Below, one piece after another: positions 14,080 to 26,370 of a stretch of 64,000 nt of DNA (positions are counted from its first letter, which is position 1; every line of letters starts with the position of its first letter). The notes beneath the pieces are model-generated. The model saw only the letters and a list, made by a program, of their open reading frames with translations. It searched no databases and had not been told where the DNA came from. Both the position numbers and the translations under genes were made by a program. The stretch comes from Lama glama (Eukaryota). The stretch spans positions 80,416,001-80,480,000 of the forward strand of contig CM052817.1 of assembly GCA_028534125.1 (NCBI GenBank). Direction: 5' to 3'.

Positions 14080-14830
14080 AATTAATAAAAATAAAAGCCC
14101 CTAGTACCTGGAAATGAAAGGCAGAAAACAATCAATAAAACCTGCAATTCTTGGCTCAAAGAAGAAATACAAACTGAAATATATAGATAAGATACATAGA
14201 AAATACAAGGAATACAAACCCTCCATATCATAACATATGGGATATAGCTAAAGCAATTTTTAGAGAAAAACTTCATAGCTTTATGTGTTTAAATCAATAA
14301 AAAATAAACAATTTCCTGAGAAATGCAAAAGGAAGGAATATAAAAATAAAATATAAATTAATAAATTGGAAAACAGAAACACAGTAACAAGTATAAATAC
14401 ATTCAAAATAAGTCCTTGGAAAATACGATAAAATAGACAAATTGATAGCTGAACAACTAGTTTACAGGAAGCAAAATATAAATATATTTTAGTGTGTACC
14501 TATAATTTACTATATTTACAGTCTTTAATATACTCTGAAAAGATTTTCAACTCTACTACTGTTCTAAGAGAAATATAAAATAAAACCACACCTAGGTGCC
14601 ATTTTTTACTTATCTGATTGGAAAACACTGAAAAACTTGATGACTCAGTGTGTCGATGAGGCCTTGAGGAAATAAACTCTCTTTAACAGATCTAATGGGT
14701 GTGAAAAAGTGTATCATCTCTTTTGATGGGAATTTGAAAATATCTCGCAAAACAGAAACTCCATAAACCTTGCCAATTCACTTTCAGGATTTTATCCTGC
14801 AGATACGTTCACACAAGGATGAACATGTTT
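14080..14830 (+). mobile_element. Degraded L1 ORF2 / 3' fragments
   Basis: A-rich sequence with L1 ORF2-like TGGGATATAGCTAAAGCAATTTTTAGAGAAAAACTTCATAGC and a later L1ME-like 3' segment. Confidence 0.6.
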
Positions 14831-14889
14831 ATCTTTTGGTTTTGTTTTCACTGAGCAGGGGAAAAAGAAATGATGGAACACCTATAGTA

Positions 14890-15090
14890 TTTCAGACAGT
14901 TCACACATGCATCTCATTTAATTCTGAGAACAACATAGTGATGTAATTACTCTTTCCATTTTACAAACAAAGCCACCAGGGCTCAGAGAGACATGCCACT
15001 TGTCAAGGTTGCTCAGGTAGTGAATGTCAAAACTGGTTTCAAATCCTACTCTGATCTGTCTGACCCTAAAGGTATCCCACGTGGACTCTG
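14890..15090. mobile_element. MIR SINE
   Basis: MIR core CCATTTTACAAA...GGCTCAGAGAG...CTTGTCAAGGT. Confidence 0.6.
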
Positions 15091-15189
15091 AGGAACTACG
15101 TGTCCTTATTTGTAAAAACCAAGAGACTGATGGACTCTAACATTCCTTCACCTCTGATTCTGAATGCAGCCCCCCTGCCCATTTCTCTC

Positions 15190-16680
15190 AGTATAATTCC
15201 CATCTCAGGTGGTTGTGTGCACCGGTCGTCTGCTCTTTTTTCTCGTCAAGTCGTATTGTCCATGCTAAGTATGTACCACATTTTGTTTACCATTCACCCG
15301 TTGAAGGATTGTTTCCAGTTTTGGGTCATGAATAAAGCTTCTCTGAACATTCTCGTACAGATACTTATGTGAACATATCTTCATTTCTTTGGGATAAATG
15401 CCCAAGAGTACAGTTTGGGTCATGTGACAGTTATGTGTTTCATTTCACTTAGGTCTTTTTGACATCTTTCATCTCCATTTTGTAATTTTTACCATACAGA
15501 GCCTATACATGTTTTAAGTTTATGCCCAAATCATTTTTTGGAGTGATCATAAGTGATAGTGAGTTTTAAATTTTGCTTTGCCCATCTTATTGTTAATGTA
15601 TAAAGGTACAATTGATTTTTGTGTGTTCATCTCATGTTCCATCCTGCCATCCTGATGAGCTCAGTAACTAGTTCTAGGAGTTTATTTGTAGATCTCTTGG
15701 GATTTTCTATGTTGACAATCCTGTTATCTCGAATAGGGTCAGTTTTATTTCTTTCTCTCCAATCTGTATGAATTTTATTTATTTTTCTTACCTTTTTGCA
15801 GTGGCTAGAACGTTCAGTACTATGTTAATAACAGCAGTGAACGTGAACACCCTCACTTTGTCCCCAGTCTTAGAGGAAAAGCATTTAGTGTTCACCGCTA
15901 GGTATGTTGCTAACAGTAGGTTTTTTGTAGATGCTTCTTACCAATTTGGGTATCTCCTCATTCATAAGTTCTTTATTCTTAATCATCAATGAGTGTTAGG
16001 TTTTGTCAAATGCTTTTTCTGAATCAATACATGTGATGATGTGATTTTTCTTCTTTAACCTGGATTATATTGATTTTCAAATGTTAAACCAGACTTGCAA
16101 ACCTGGAATAAATCCCACTTGCTCATGAAATAAATAAACAAGCAAAGAAATACATAAAACTCTTTTCTTTGTTTATATTGCTGGCTTGAATTTGCTAATC
16201 TTTTTTGAGAATTTTTGCATCTGAGTTTATGAGAGCTATGGTCTGTAGTTTTCTTTTTTGTATGATTTTTAAATTTTGCTGAGAGTCATTCTAGCCTCAT
16301 AAAATGAGTTAGAAAGTGTTCTCTCCTTTTCTAATTTCTGGAAGAGATTGTATAGGACTGGTGTTAAGTCTTCTTTAAATATTTTGCAGAATTCTCCAGT
16401 GGAGAGATCTGAGCATGGCGATTTCTTTTTCTGGAGCTTTTTAAGTCATGAATTCAGTTCTTGGATAGTAAAAGATAATTCAGATTATTCGTCTTGGTTA
16501 GATTTTATTTGTTTCTCTTTTTGAGAAATTGATCTGCTTCTTTTAAATTGTCTAACATAGGCATAAGGTTCTTCATAGCAATCCTTTATTTCTCTTTTAA
16601 TGGCTGCAGGTTCGATAATGCTATCTTCTGTTTAATTTCTGATATGGAGATTTCTGTCTTTTTATCTTCATTTTTTGAAT
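15190..16680 (-). mobile_element. Old L1 ORF2/3' fragment (antisense)
   Basis: T-rich antisense L1 motifs, e.g. TTTTGTCAAATGCTTTTTCTG, CCTGGAATAAATCCCACTTG, TAGCCTCATAAAATGAGTTAGAAAGTG. No intact ORF. Confidence 0.85.
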
Positions 16681-16729
16681 ACCTATTTTAATCTTAATTC
16701 CATCATCTGGAAAGCAAGATAACTGCATT

Positions 16730-17187
16730 GCTTTCCAATTGCTGCTGTAACAAATGAACACAAATTTAGTGACTTGAAACAACTCAAGGTTATTGTCTTA
16801 CAGTTCTGAGGTCAGGAGTCCAAAATGGATCTCACTGCACTAACACCAAGGTGTCAGCAAGACGGTGTTCACTTCTGGAGGCTCCAAGGGACAATCTGCT
16901 TTCTTACTTTTGGCCAGGTTCTAGAAGCTTCCCACATTCCCTGGCTCATGGCTCTTTCTGTCTTCCCACCTTACATCACTCTGACTCCCTCTGCTGCTGC
17001 CCAGTTCTACATTTAAGGATGCTTGTGATTACGCTGGGCTCACCCCAATAATCCAGGATCATCTCCCTATGTGAAGGTCAACTAATTAACAACCTTAATT
17101 CTGTCTGCAACCCAATTTCCCCCTTGCCATGTAATGTAACAAATTCACAGGTTCTAGAAAGTAGGCCACGGACACCACTGGAAGGAC
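16730..17187 (-). mobile_element. MaLR LTR (MLT1C/D/E-like)
   Basis: TTGCTGCTGTAACAAATGAACACAAATTTAGTGACTTGAAACAAC...CAGTTCTGAGGTCAGGAGTCC...TAATCCAGGATCATCTCCC. Confidence 0.75.
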
Positions 17188-18419
17188 ATTGACCTGCCTG
17201 CAATCTACATACAGCAATGTGTGAGAGTGTTTCACAAATTTTAATGCACTCATGTAATATTTACTGAACGTCAGCTGTATGCCAGACACGGTAGGAGATG
17301 CTAACCTCAGTGAAGTTTTCTCTGCTGCAAAAAAGCACTTGGCTCCACCCGGATGGGCTTTTTCATGCTCGCCAGTAAATCTCACACTTCCATTCACAAG
17401 CAGTACTGGGCTATGAGAATTCTCCAGGTCAGGCTTTTCCAAACTTGCCTGACTTGGGAGATGTTTGTTTTCCCTAGATTGTCATTTCCTGGCCCCTTCT
17501 TCTGCTTAATTGGGAAAGCCTGCCTCTCCCTCTCTATTTCCCTCTTCAACCCCCTAACCGTGTGATTCTGATTGCCGGTGCCTATAACACCCTTAGTCCC
17601 CTTCAAACACCGCTAGCTTAACATTTTCACACTGTGCTGTCATCTTTGGTGTATTGTCCGACATCTCTGCTAAACCTGTAAGGTGTATGAAAGCAGGGAC
17701 TGAGTTTTTACTTTTTTACTATCTCCAGTTGCTAGCATAATGCCTAGAACAAAGTGGGCACTATAATAATAAAATAATGTCTTGCCAAATGTATGAATAA
17801 CGCTTAAATCCTAAAGTTTTGTGTTCAGCCTCTTCTGTTCTTTTCTTTGATCTCTGCCTTAGGGATTCTCTCCATATATTCAACTACCTGCTCTGTGCAT
17901 GAGACCCAAATGCCCAGGTTCACATGTTACTGCTCTCCCAAGTTTTTGGTGTCTGCCGGATGGACCGTCGTGCTATTCTCCATACAATTTCCAAACCATA
18001 TTCAAAATATAATGTATTATTTTCCTGCCAAATAAGTTCTATTTAAAATTTAGCTTTGTGTTATTTTCACCTCCTGTTAGCTTGAAACTTTCATGTACCT
18101 TGCTTTCTCTCGTGTCCAGTCCATGTCCAAGTCTCGTGAATGATCTGTCTCCCAAGTCCCCTCTGTTTTAATTTTTCTGGAGTCCAGGCTTCATCAAATT
18201 GTAAGTGGCTATTCCAGTAGTGTCCTAACAAGTCTCCTCTGGTCTCTCCCCCTTTTAATCCAGCCTACATCACAGGTTGTGTTTCCTAAATCACAGCAAT
18301 CAAGTCATTATCTTGCTAATCAGACTTTTAATGCCTCCCTCTTGTCCAAAGAGTACAACCCTCCATCTACTTCCCTATCATATTTGCATTTTTTTTGTCC
18401 TCCACTTAAACAGGACTAC

Positions 18420-18800
18420 TGTGGTTGGCAGAATCATGGGTTTCTCCGCTCCTAATGTCCATGACCTAATCTCTAGGACCCATGAATATATTATCTGACA
18501 TAGCAAAAGAGACCTTGCAGATGTGACTAAATTAAGGGACTTGAGATGGGGAGATTATAAATGTGGGCACAATGTAAAAAAAAAGGGGGGTCCTTCTAAG
18601 GGGGAGGCATTATGATGGAAGCAGAAGTCAGGGTGATGTGGGGCCAGGAATCAAGACATGCAGCGAGACCAGAAGGAAGGCAGCCTTGCTGGCCCATTTC
18701 AGACTTCTGACCCTCAGAGCTGGAAGATCATTAAATTTGTGCTGTTTTAAGCCACCAAATTTGTGGTGAATGTTTACAGCCGCAATAGGAAGCCAACATA
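18420..18800 (+). mobile_element. MaLR LTR (MLT1D-like)
   Basis: TGTGGTTGGCAGAAT...GACTTCTGACCCTCAGAGCTG...GTTTTAAGCCACCAAATTTGTGG...CAATAGGAAGCCAACATA. Confidence 0.8.
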
Positions 18801-19033
18801 AGTAATTGCCTGCTTTTCTCATTCTGCAGTATAGTTCAGGTTACTTAGTTTGTGTGCCTTCTTCTGCTTTTTCCAGTTTGTTGAGTCTGTCCACCTCAAG
18901 GTTCATCTCAGACGCTGCTGCTTCTTCCCTAGAGCCTTCCTAGAACCTGATCTGGGGCACCTCATTCAGGGACATACTGCTCACCCCACCAACTACAATA
19001 ACCTCTGATCAGCCTTCATACTACTGCCTAAGA

Positions 19034-19826
19034 TGCAGACTGACGTTTCTCGCCCCAACCTCAGGTCAGCCAGACTTGAGGTTCAGGGCACAGACTTCCA
19101 GACTGCCGCATCAGCCCAGGATTTCTGACCCCAGGATCCTGGAGCCACTCTCGCTCCCGACCAGCTGAATACCAGCCCCCTCAGGTCAGTGATTTGCTAG
19201 GATGACTCACAGGACTCATGAAATTGCTTTACCTGCAATTACGGTTTTAGTACGGTAAAACGATGCAAATCAGAACCAGCCAAGGGAAGACACACACAAG
19301 GTGGAATCCGGGACTGGAAAGATTCCAAATGTGAAGCTCCATGTCCTCGGGGACACACTGCCCTCCCAGCATCGAAGTGTGGGGACACGTACTGAAGTTT
19401 TGCCTACCCTGGAAGCTCACCTGGGCTCCAGTTGTCAGGGCTTTTATCGAGCCGTCACTAAGTAGGGTAACTGACTGACACATTGCCCCATGTTTGAGCT
19501 TGATTTCCAGCCTCCCTCCCCTCCCCAGAGGTTGAGCTGACGCCACATGGCTCAAAGCTCCAACTCTCTCATCACATGACTGGTCTTTCTAACATGGTCT
19601 CTCTAACATGGCCCCTTAAGAGTATGGGTGTGCTGGCCCTATCCTGGTGTCATCGAATTAGCATAAACTGTCAGTGCCTTCTGTGAGCCCCCTCATCAGT
19701 GTAACTGTCCAATGTTCAGAGGCCCGCCGTGAATAACAGGCACTCCTATCACTCAGGAAATCCCAGGGCTTACAGGTTACCTCCCAAGAACTCTCAGTGA
19801 AGTTCAGTCCAATTCTTTGCTACACA
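19034..19826. mobile_element. MER21-like ERV solo LTR
   Basis: Internal motifs CTAGGATGACTCACAGGACTCA, CAAATCAGAACCAGCCAAGGGAAGA, CACTCCTATCACTCAGGAAATCCCAGGG; TG...CA ends. Confidence 0.7.
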
Positions 19827-21919
19827 CCCCCTGATTAGGGTCCTTCACTGGCTCCCTTACTTTGAAAATGAAATGCAAACTACTTACTAGGATATTCCAG
19901 GAACTTCATGAAAAGCAGCCTGATGAAATGGGCTTAAAAACCTCTTTGTGAAGAAAGGAGGAGCTCATGCTCACTGCCTGGAATATATGACATATTCAAC
20001 AAATTCTTCTTAAATTAATTATTGACTGACTGATGAGGAGACGGAAGGAAAAGTATAAAGCAAACAAACAAGATAAATTGCTTAGACGAGAAAGCTATTT
20101 ACCAGAGTACTGAGAAAATTCAGGTTTTGCAGATGAGGTGGTAGGGAGAGAAAAATAACAATGACATTTATAAACTAAAAAGGGGCAAAGAATTTGTTGA
20201 GAAAAGGAAAAATAACAAAAACTTAGATCTCTTTTCCATGGCTCTTGGAAATTGATTATTTTAAATAATAGTTTTTTATTTTGGCTTCTGGGTTTAGCCT
20301 AGAGTCTAAAGAGTTTGCCTCCTCATTTCTAGACCAACATAAGTCAGTCTCTCTTTTTTGTCTTTTTATGAAGTCACTATATCTAAACAGGGTGGAGTAA
20401 GATCATGATAAAATATTAAAATAGAAATCGATCCTTGAAATAGATATCCAGTGTGTATAATAGAGACAGGACTTAGAAGTGTACATTTATGAAAACACTG
20501 CTAATTTGATGTGCTATATCCCCTATCAAGACATAAGAATAATGTACATAATGTGTGATAAGACTTTTGGATGACACTATCTTTGGAAAAGGATTTTTGA
20601 TGCAATTTCCATTTCTTCTTCCTATGACTTCAAACACAAACAGGAAGATGCCAGCTTACTCGTTTTACTGCAATCACAGTTACATTGTTTGATTCCATAC
20701 CTTTGCGTAGAATAAAACCATGTAACTACGGAATACAAGGGCAACGTCAATACTTGTCAAGAGGAAATCACATGGCATAGACGTTATACCACGAAGAATA
20801 CCATCTATATTTTCTCTTATCTTACCTGGAGTTAAGGGATTTTCATTTTTAAAGTAAATATCTCATTCTATATAATTAATAGTTTGAAGAAGATGATTTT
20901 CATATTTTAACAAAGAATTTAAGAAATTATCTCGCAGCTCAGGCCTCACTAGGGTAGACTTGACAAAATTGCCTCTTCCTATCTTAATACTGGAAGAAGA
21001 GGCAAGACAGCAGCAGCCTTATTGGTGGATGAAAACGAAGGCAATGGGACAAACTCCTTCCAGCTATTATACTAGTTTCCCCCCCATCACAGCCCCAGAC
21101 ACGTCCTTCCAAGGCATGTAAACCTGATGTCAAAATAATATAACATGAACTGATTTGTGCAAATGATTGCAACTACTTTATAATTAAATGTCTAGGGAAT
21201 TATATATGTGAAATAGATATCTCTGTCCGTACCAGGGATTTAATTACATCCTGGATTAAAAGAAATTTGGACCCAAGATTGAAAACAGATGGTCAATCAC
21301 CTCATGTCCCAACGGTTGCTTTGTAAGCAAGTGACACTGGATTCTGTGCCTTCAAGAACATTTCCCCCACCTCATTGTTTTTGTCAAATACTCATTAAAG
21401 AAAAAAAACACAAAGAACTCCACTGTTAGAATTCGCCCGGGGTTTCCCGAATGTTAGAAATCAGTGGGATTAGCAAGGTTTGCTTGGAAAATTGTCTTAA
21501 GCATTTACCCTCGTGATTTGTCTCTAATCTTGGAAGGAAACAGCTGATTTATTAAATCACCATGGTATGTCTTATTCTTCCTACCTGTGAAAATCCAAAA
21601 TCTGGAATTTAGATTGTGGTTCGTCTCCTTTTCTACCGTGACGTTTTTCACATTATACAAATGAGCAAGTAAGGTGAGATGGGGATATGTTTGATATTCT
21701 TCACCCTCTTGATGAGACGATGAGCCTCCCTTCCCCCAAGACACACAAATGTATTGAAATAAAGAAACATACAAGCAATTCTTGTTAATATTTTGTTGAC
21801 TTGATTGTTAGAGTAAACAGAAAGAATTTGAGTTTTCTCCTTCAGTTAATGAATTAGGTTTTTCCAGTTAGAAGGAGAGCCTTTGTTGAATTGCGCAAAA
21901 TACGTAGATTGAACTTCAG

Positions 21920-23020
21920 GCACTATATGGGTGCTGGGATACAGCGGTGAGCTGGCCATACGCTTCGTAGAGCCTCAGTCTAGAAGGAAAGACAGACTTT
22001 TAAACAAGTGGTTAAAAATAAATAATTACAATTGTGTAACACTTGTGCAAAGAATTCCAGTCTACAGTTCCAGTGGATATGGTGGAACAGCATGCAACTG
22101 AGGAAGACATCATGTGCAAAACTTCTCGAGGTTAGAGAAACCTGGGCATATGCCCGGAACGGGAAGAATTCCAACGGGCTGCAGCAGAGAGGAGGGGCTG
22201 CGGCTGACGAGAGAGGCTGGGGCCGGATCTCAGAGTGACCTGAGGCCAGTTTGCAAGTTGGAATTGGAGTCTCTGGACAATGGGAAGCAACCGGACAGTT
22301 TTTATGTGGGAGAAAAAAAAGATTAGATTTGTGTTTCGGGAAGATCACACCGGCAGCCGTATAGAAGCTCGTCTGGGTAGGAGTTGACAACACTTGTTCT
22401 GGGGGAAAACAGGGTGTTCCCGAAGGGAAGTAGGGCAGGAAGTAGATCTATCAGAACTGGTGTTTAACTGGATGTGAGGGGGAGGAAAAGGCTTCTGATT
22501 TGGGCATGTGGGACAGAACCGCCTTTTACGGAGACAGGAAATGCTAGGAGAGGAGGAGTGAATGAGTGTGAATGAGAAGAGAGGATATGCTATGTTCCGT
22601 TTTGGAGTCGTTGAGTTGCTGGTGCCTGTTACACAACCAAGTGGATTATCTATATGGGTCTACTGCTCAGAAGTGAAGTCCAGGCTGGAGATATTTGGCC
22701 ATCGTTTGGATGAATACGATAAAGAAGCTGTGGGAATGGCTGAGATCACTTGAGCAGAGAATGCGGACTGAGAAAGGAGCCCAGAAACAGGATGATCATA
22801 AATCCCAGTTTGCCAGGAATAGTCCTGGTTAACACTTACTGCCCAGGTATAATTGTTAATTGCATCACTTTCCCTCTCTACAGTGCCCAATTTGGACCAT
22901 AAATAGTCATTCTATTTAAGGCAGAGCCAGAAGAATGCCAATATTTAAAGTTTGAGTGAGGCAAAGCCACAAATGGAGCTGGAGAAAGTGATGCCGCTGA
23001 GGCCAGCGGAAGGCAATGTC
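21920..23020 (-). mobile_element. LINE-2 fragment interrupted by a MER94-like element
   Basis: Purine-rich antisense L2 motifs (GTGCTGGGATACAGCGGTGA, GGAAGATCAC, CAGGCTGGAGATATTTGG, GAGATCACTTGAG). Confidence 0.65.
22788..22914. mobile_element. MER94/MER81-like hAT-Blackjack MITE
   Basis: ~127 bp with degenerate inverted termini (AGGATGATCATA ... ATAGTCATTCT) and internal TCCCAGTTTGCC motif. Confidence 0.6.
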
Positions 23021-23647
23021 TCTAAAAAATTTGCATATGGCATTGCACGGGGTTCGCTCCTGTGTTCTATAATGATTAAACTGCAGGACATCTCAGATAG
23101 GGCTGAGCGTGGAACAAAGATTAGTTCAGGAATGCAGGCAGAGGTGGCGGGGGGTCAGTTCTGGAGTAAGGTGAGTGCCACTCATATTGAAAAAAATATA
23201 GACTTAGATAGTAGAAATACAAAATAATTTTCTCATCTTGGCAAGTATGTTAGGGAGACTATTAGGAAGGTTAACATCAACAAGCTGAACTACTTTTAGT
23301 TCCTCCCTCAAGCCATGCCATTTCTTGTCTCCAGAAGTTTGAGCTTTCCCAGCCTGCAAATCCCTTCCCTCCATCTTCCTCTTTACACTCAAGACAAGGT
23401 TCTGGTGTCACCTTTTCCAGAACCTTCTTATCTAGGTCCTCCTCTGAGACTGGGTTCCCTCCTCTAGCTCGGCTCTGTCCCCATAGCTCTACTAAGGCTC
23501 CTGCCGTTTTATAGTAAAATGTATTGTCTCTCTCCTTCACCAGAGTGTAAATCCTCCTTCTCAGACTTTAAATTTCTTAAAGACAAGGAGTGTGGCCTAT
23601 TCTTATTTATTTTTGTATCCTTGGTCACCACATATGATTTTGTATGT

Positions 23648-24147
23648 NNNNNNNNNNNNNNNNNNNNNNNNNNNNNNNNNNNNNNNNNNNNNNNNNNNNN
23701 NNNNNNNNNNNNNNNNNNNNNNNNNNNNNNNNNNNNNNNNNNNNNNNNNNNNNNNNNNNNNNNNNNNNNNNNNNNNNNNNNNNNNNNNNNNNNNNNNNNN
23801 NNNNNNNNNNNNNNNNNNNNNNNNNNNNNNNNNNNNNNNNNNNNNNNNNNNNNNNNNNNNNNNNNNNNNNNNNNNNNNNNNNNNNNNNNNNNNNNNNNNN
23901 NNNNNNNNNNNNNNNNNNNNNNNNNNNNNNNNNNNNNNNNNNNNNNNNNNNNNNNNNNNNNNNNNNNNNNNNNNNNNNNNNNNNNNNNNNNNNNNNNNNN
24001 NNNNNNNNNNNNNNNNNNNNNNNNNNNNNNNNNNNNNNNNNNNNNNNNNNNNNNNNNNNNNNNNNNNNNNNNNNNNNNNNNNNNNNNNNNNNNNNNNNNN
24101 NNNNNNNNNNNNNNNNNNNNNNNNNNNNNNNNNNNNNNNNNNNNNNN
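23648..24147. other. Assembly gap (500 N)
   Basis: Run of N. Confidence 1.
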
Positions 24148-24372
24148 TCATTTTACAATGTTGTGTCAAATTCCAGTGTTCAGCACAATTTTTCAGTCAT
24201 TCATGGACATATACACACTCATTGTCACATGTTTTTCTCTGTGATTTATCATAACATTTTGTGTATATTTCCCTGTGCTATACAGTGTAATCTTGTTTAT
24301 CTATTCTACAATTTTGAAATCCCAGTCTATCCCTTCCCACCCTCTACCCCCCTGGTAACCACAAGTCTGTAC
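24148..24372 (-). mobile_element. Lineage-specific L1 3'UTR fragment abutting the gap
   Basis: TTTACAATGTTGTGTCAAATTCCAGTG...TTTCCCTGTGCTATACAG...CCCTGGTAACCACAAGTCTG is typical of an antisense artiodactyl L1 3' end. Confidence 0.7.
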
Positions 24373-24454
24373 CACTAAACTTCTTTGTGCATCTTATGTA
24401 CAAAGGTTCGATAAGGAAAACACAAGATTATTTTAAGGATGAAATGCTTGCAGT

Positions 24455-24950
24455 TGTAATTCATCAATTTCAAGATGCACATTTTAATGCCGCTGCAATT
24501 GGAACGCTTCTTACAGTTAACTGCCTGCCATGAGGTGGTTATCATCTGCCCATGCACAACTGTGGTTGTTATTCCCGGCTGCATGACTGGACCACTCACC
24601 CTCTCCAGTTTGACTTGGGAAACTATTTATGAACTATTTGAGGCAAGATGATGAGTCCTGGCTATTATCTGAAAACGTTCTATTGGCACTCACTGATAAG
24701 ATAAAAAATGCTCCAGCATCAAAACTTGCAGAGTAAGTGTTAATGGCTTAGAAGAAATCCTGAAAACAAAGGAACATTCTTTTAAGAACTGCCGCCCAGG
24801 GCCCTTGATAGAGTGTTATGCTGTGTAGAAAAACACTAGCACTGATGACTGCATCAAAAGGTGATTCAGAAGAATTGGACTCTGTGAGGAAGTTTTATGA
24901 ACATTAATTATTTTACTTAGATTTTCCTTTTCATGCGTGCCCAGGAATGA
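24455..24950 (+). mobile_element. Tigger (Tigger13a-like) pogo DNA transposon remnant
   Basis: Start AATTCATCAATTTCAAGATGCACATTTT. GTTGTTATTCCCGGCTGCATGACTGGA reads VVIPGCMTG, like the pogo transposase VIPGGMT..LQPLD region. Confidence 0.65.
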
Positions 24951-25681
24951 AATATGATGAAATCTGTGTGTAAATCATCATTTACAAACCCCTTCAGTAA
25001 GTGTAACTCTGAGTGATAAGAAAACTATTGTGTCATAGATTAATTAGCAAGATTGTTTTCCCTTCATAACAGTTCATAAAATAAAAAATGTAGTTAATAC
25101 GTTGGTTAAAAGTCAATATCACTTCATTATTTTCACCATTGAAATTGTTAACTTCAGATAGACACAATGTTTTTATGTCTTTTAGATTCCTCAGGAAGTA
25201 TCCAGTGTATATAATGCGTCTTTTGCATTTTTATTGACAACTAACATCCGAACTCATATCTCAATATTATAACTTTAGGGGGAAAATGTAAAACAATGAC
25301 CAACATAAATACCTAAATCCAAGACTCAAGTGCATTTTTCCTGACTGAAATTTGAAATGACTTATTTTCAACAATAGTTGGCGCGTCACAGGGTTTTTGT
25401 TTAGTTGAAATGCTTTGGCCCTACCATCAACTTAAAAACTTAATATGAAACATTGAGACTCACATAGTACTCTAGTAATTGACAGGAACTATGTCTGCTA
25501 CCAAATCTCCTGTATTTATTATCAAAATTAACATTCTAAGAGGTTATCAAAAAGAAGCAGTAAACATACTTTTTGAAAATATATAGAAGAATCATCCATT
25601 TTCTACCTTTCTACTTATTTTCAACTTTTAAAATGTTACTCAATTACTTTTTGAAGACATGTGTTTTCTTTATTTGCTCTT

Positions 25682-25751
25682 TTTTAAAGGGTGTTAACTT
25701 TTTTCTTAATTGAAGTGTAATCAGTTCGCAATGTTGTGTCAGTTTCTGGTG
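25682..25751 (-). mobile_element. Very short 5'-truncated L1 3'-end insertion with 16-bp TSD
   Basis: Shares CAATGTTGTGTCA with the L1 end at 24148; flanked by TTCTTTATTTGCTCTT (25666-25681) and TTCTTTATTTACTCTT (25752-25767). Confidence 0.65.
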
Positions 25752-26169
25752 TTCTTTATTTACTCTTAATGATCACAAAGAGTTTACAGGTTTTATAGAA
25801 GCGATTTTTAATAATTGCAATGACCTTTATCTTAACAGGAAATAAAATGTAAACAATTAAAAATTTCAGATAAATGTTAAGGTGATCAGGGCTCATTAAA
25901 TTCCTTAATCTGAAATTATAGCTGCTCCAAAATCCTGGTTCTCTCTCTCTCTCACACACATACACAGCAGTACAATTATTCAAACCTTAGAGTTCAGCCT
26001 TAGAAAAACAAAAAGTAGAAACTGAATTAACTTGAAATAATTATAAGACAAATAAATTTATTATTGGGGATGGAGCACCTGGAAAGAGGGGACCTGAAAC
26101 ATTTCTGCACCATACAGTGTGTTTGAGGCGATAACAGACTATATGGCAAGAACTTATACGGGACTTTAA

Positions 26170-26370
26170 AGTTTACAAAGTGCTGCATTACACTAGGTCC
26201 CCAGTAGGACTATGATTTGGGAAGGTGAAGTATTGTTATTACCTTCAGGTTATTGATGAGAAAGCAGGCTGAGAGAAATTAAGTGAGGGGCACCAAGCTA
26301 CGAAGTGACAAAGCTGGGACTTGAACGTCATATCATCTGACCCTATATCAGGTACTCTTTTCTTTATACT
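26170..26370. mobile_element. MIR SINE
   Basis: TTATTACC...GATGAGAAAGCAGGCTGAGAGAAATTAAGTGA...GCTGGGACTTGAAC. Other MIR-like pieces at ~40560-40680, 44930-45060 and 61600-61725. Confidence 0.65.

Noticed and set aside
23519..24378. Long ORFs full of X (also 58088-58487)
   Set aside because: Artefacts of translating N gaps.
24565..24800. Transposase-like peptide VVIPGCMTG
   Set aside because: No ORF of 60 aa or more in this frame; a fossil Tigger element, not a domesticated gene.
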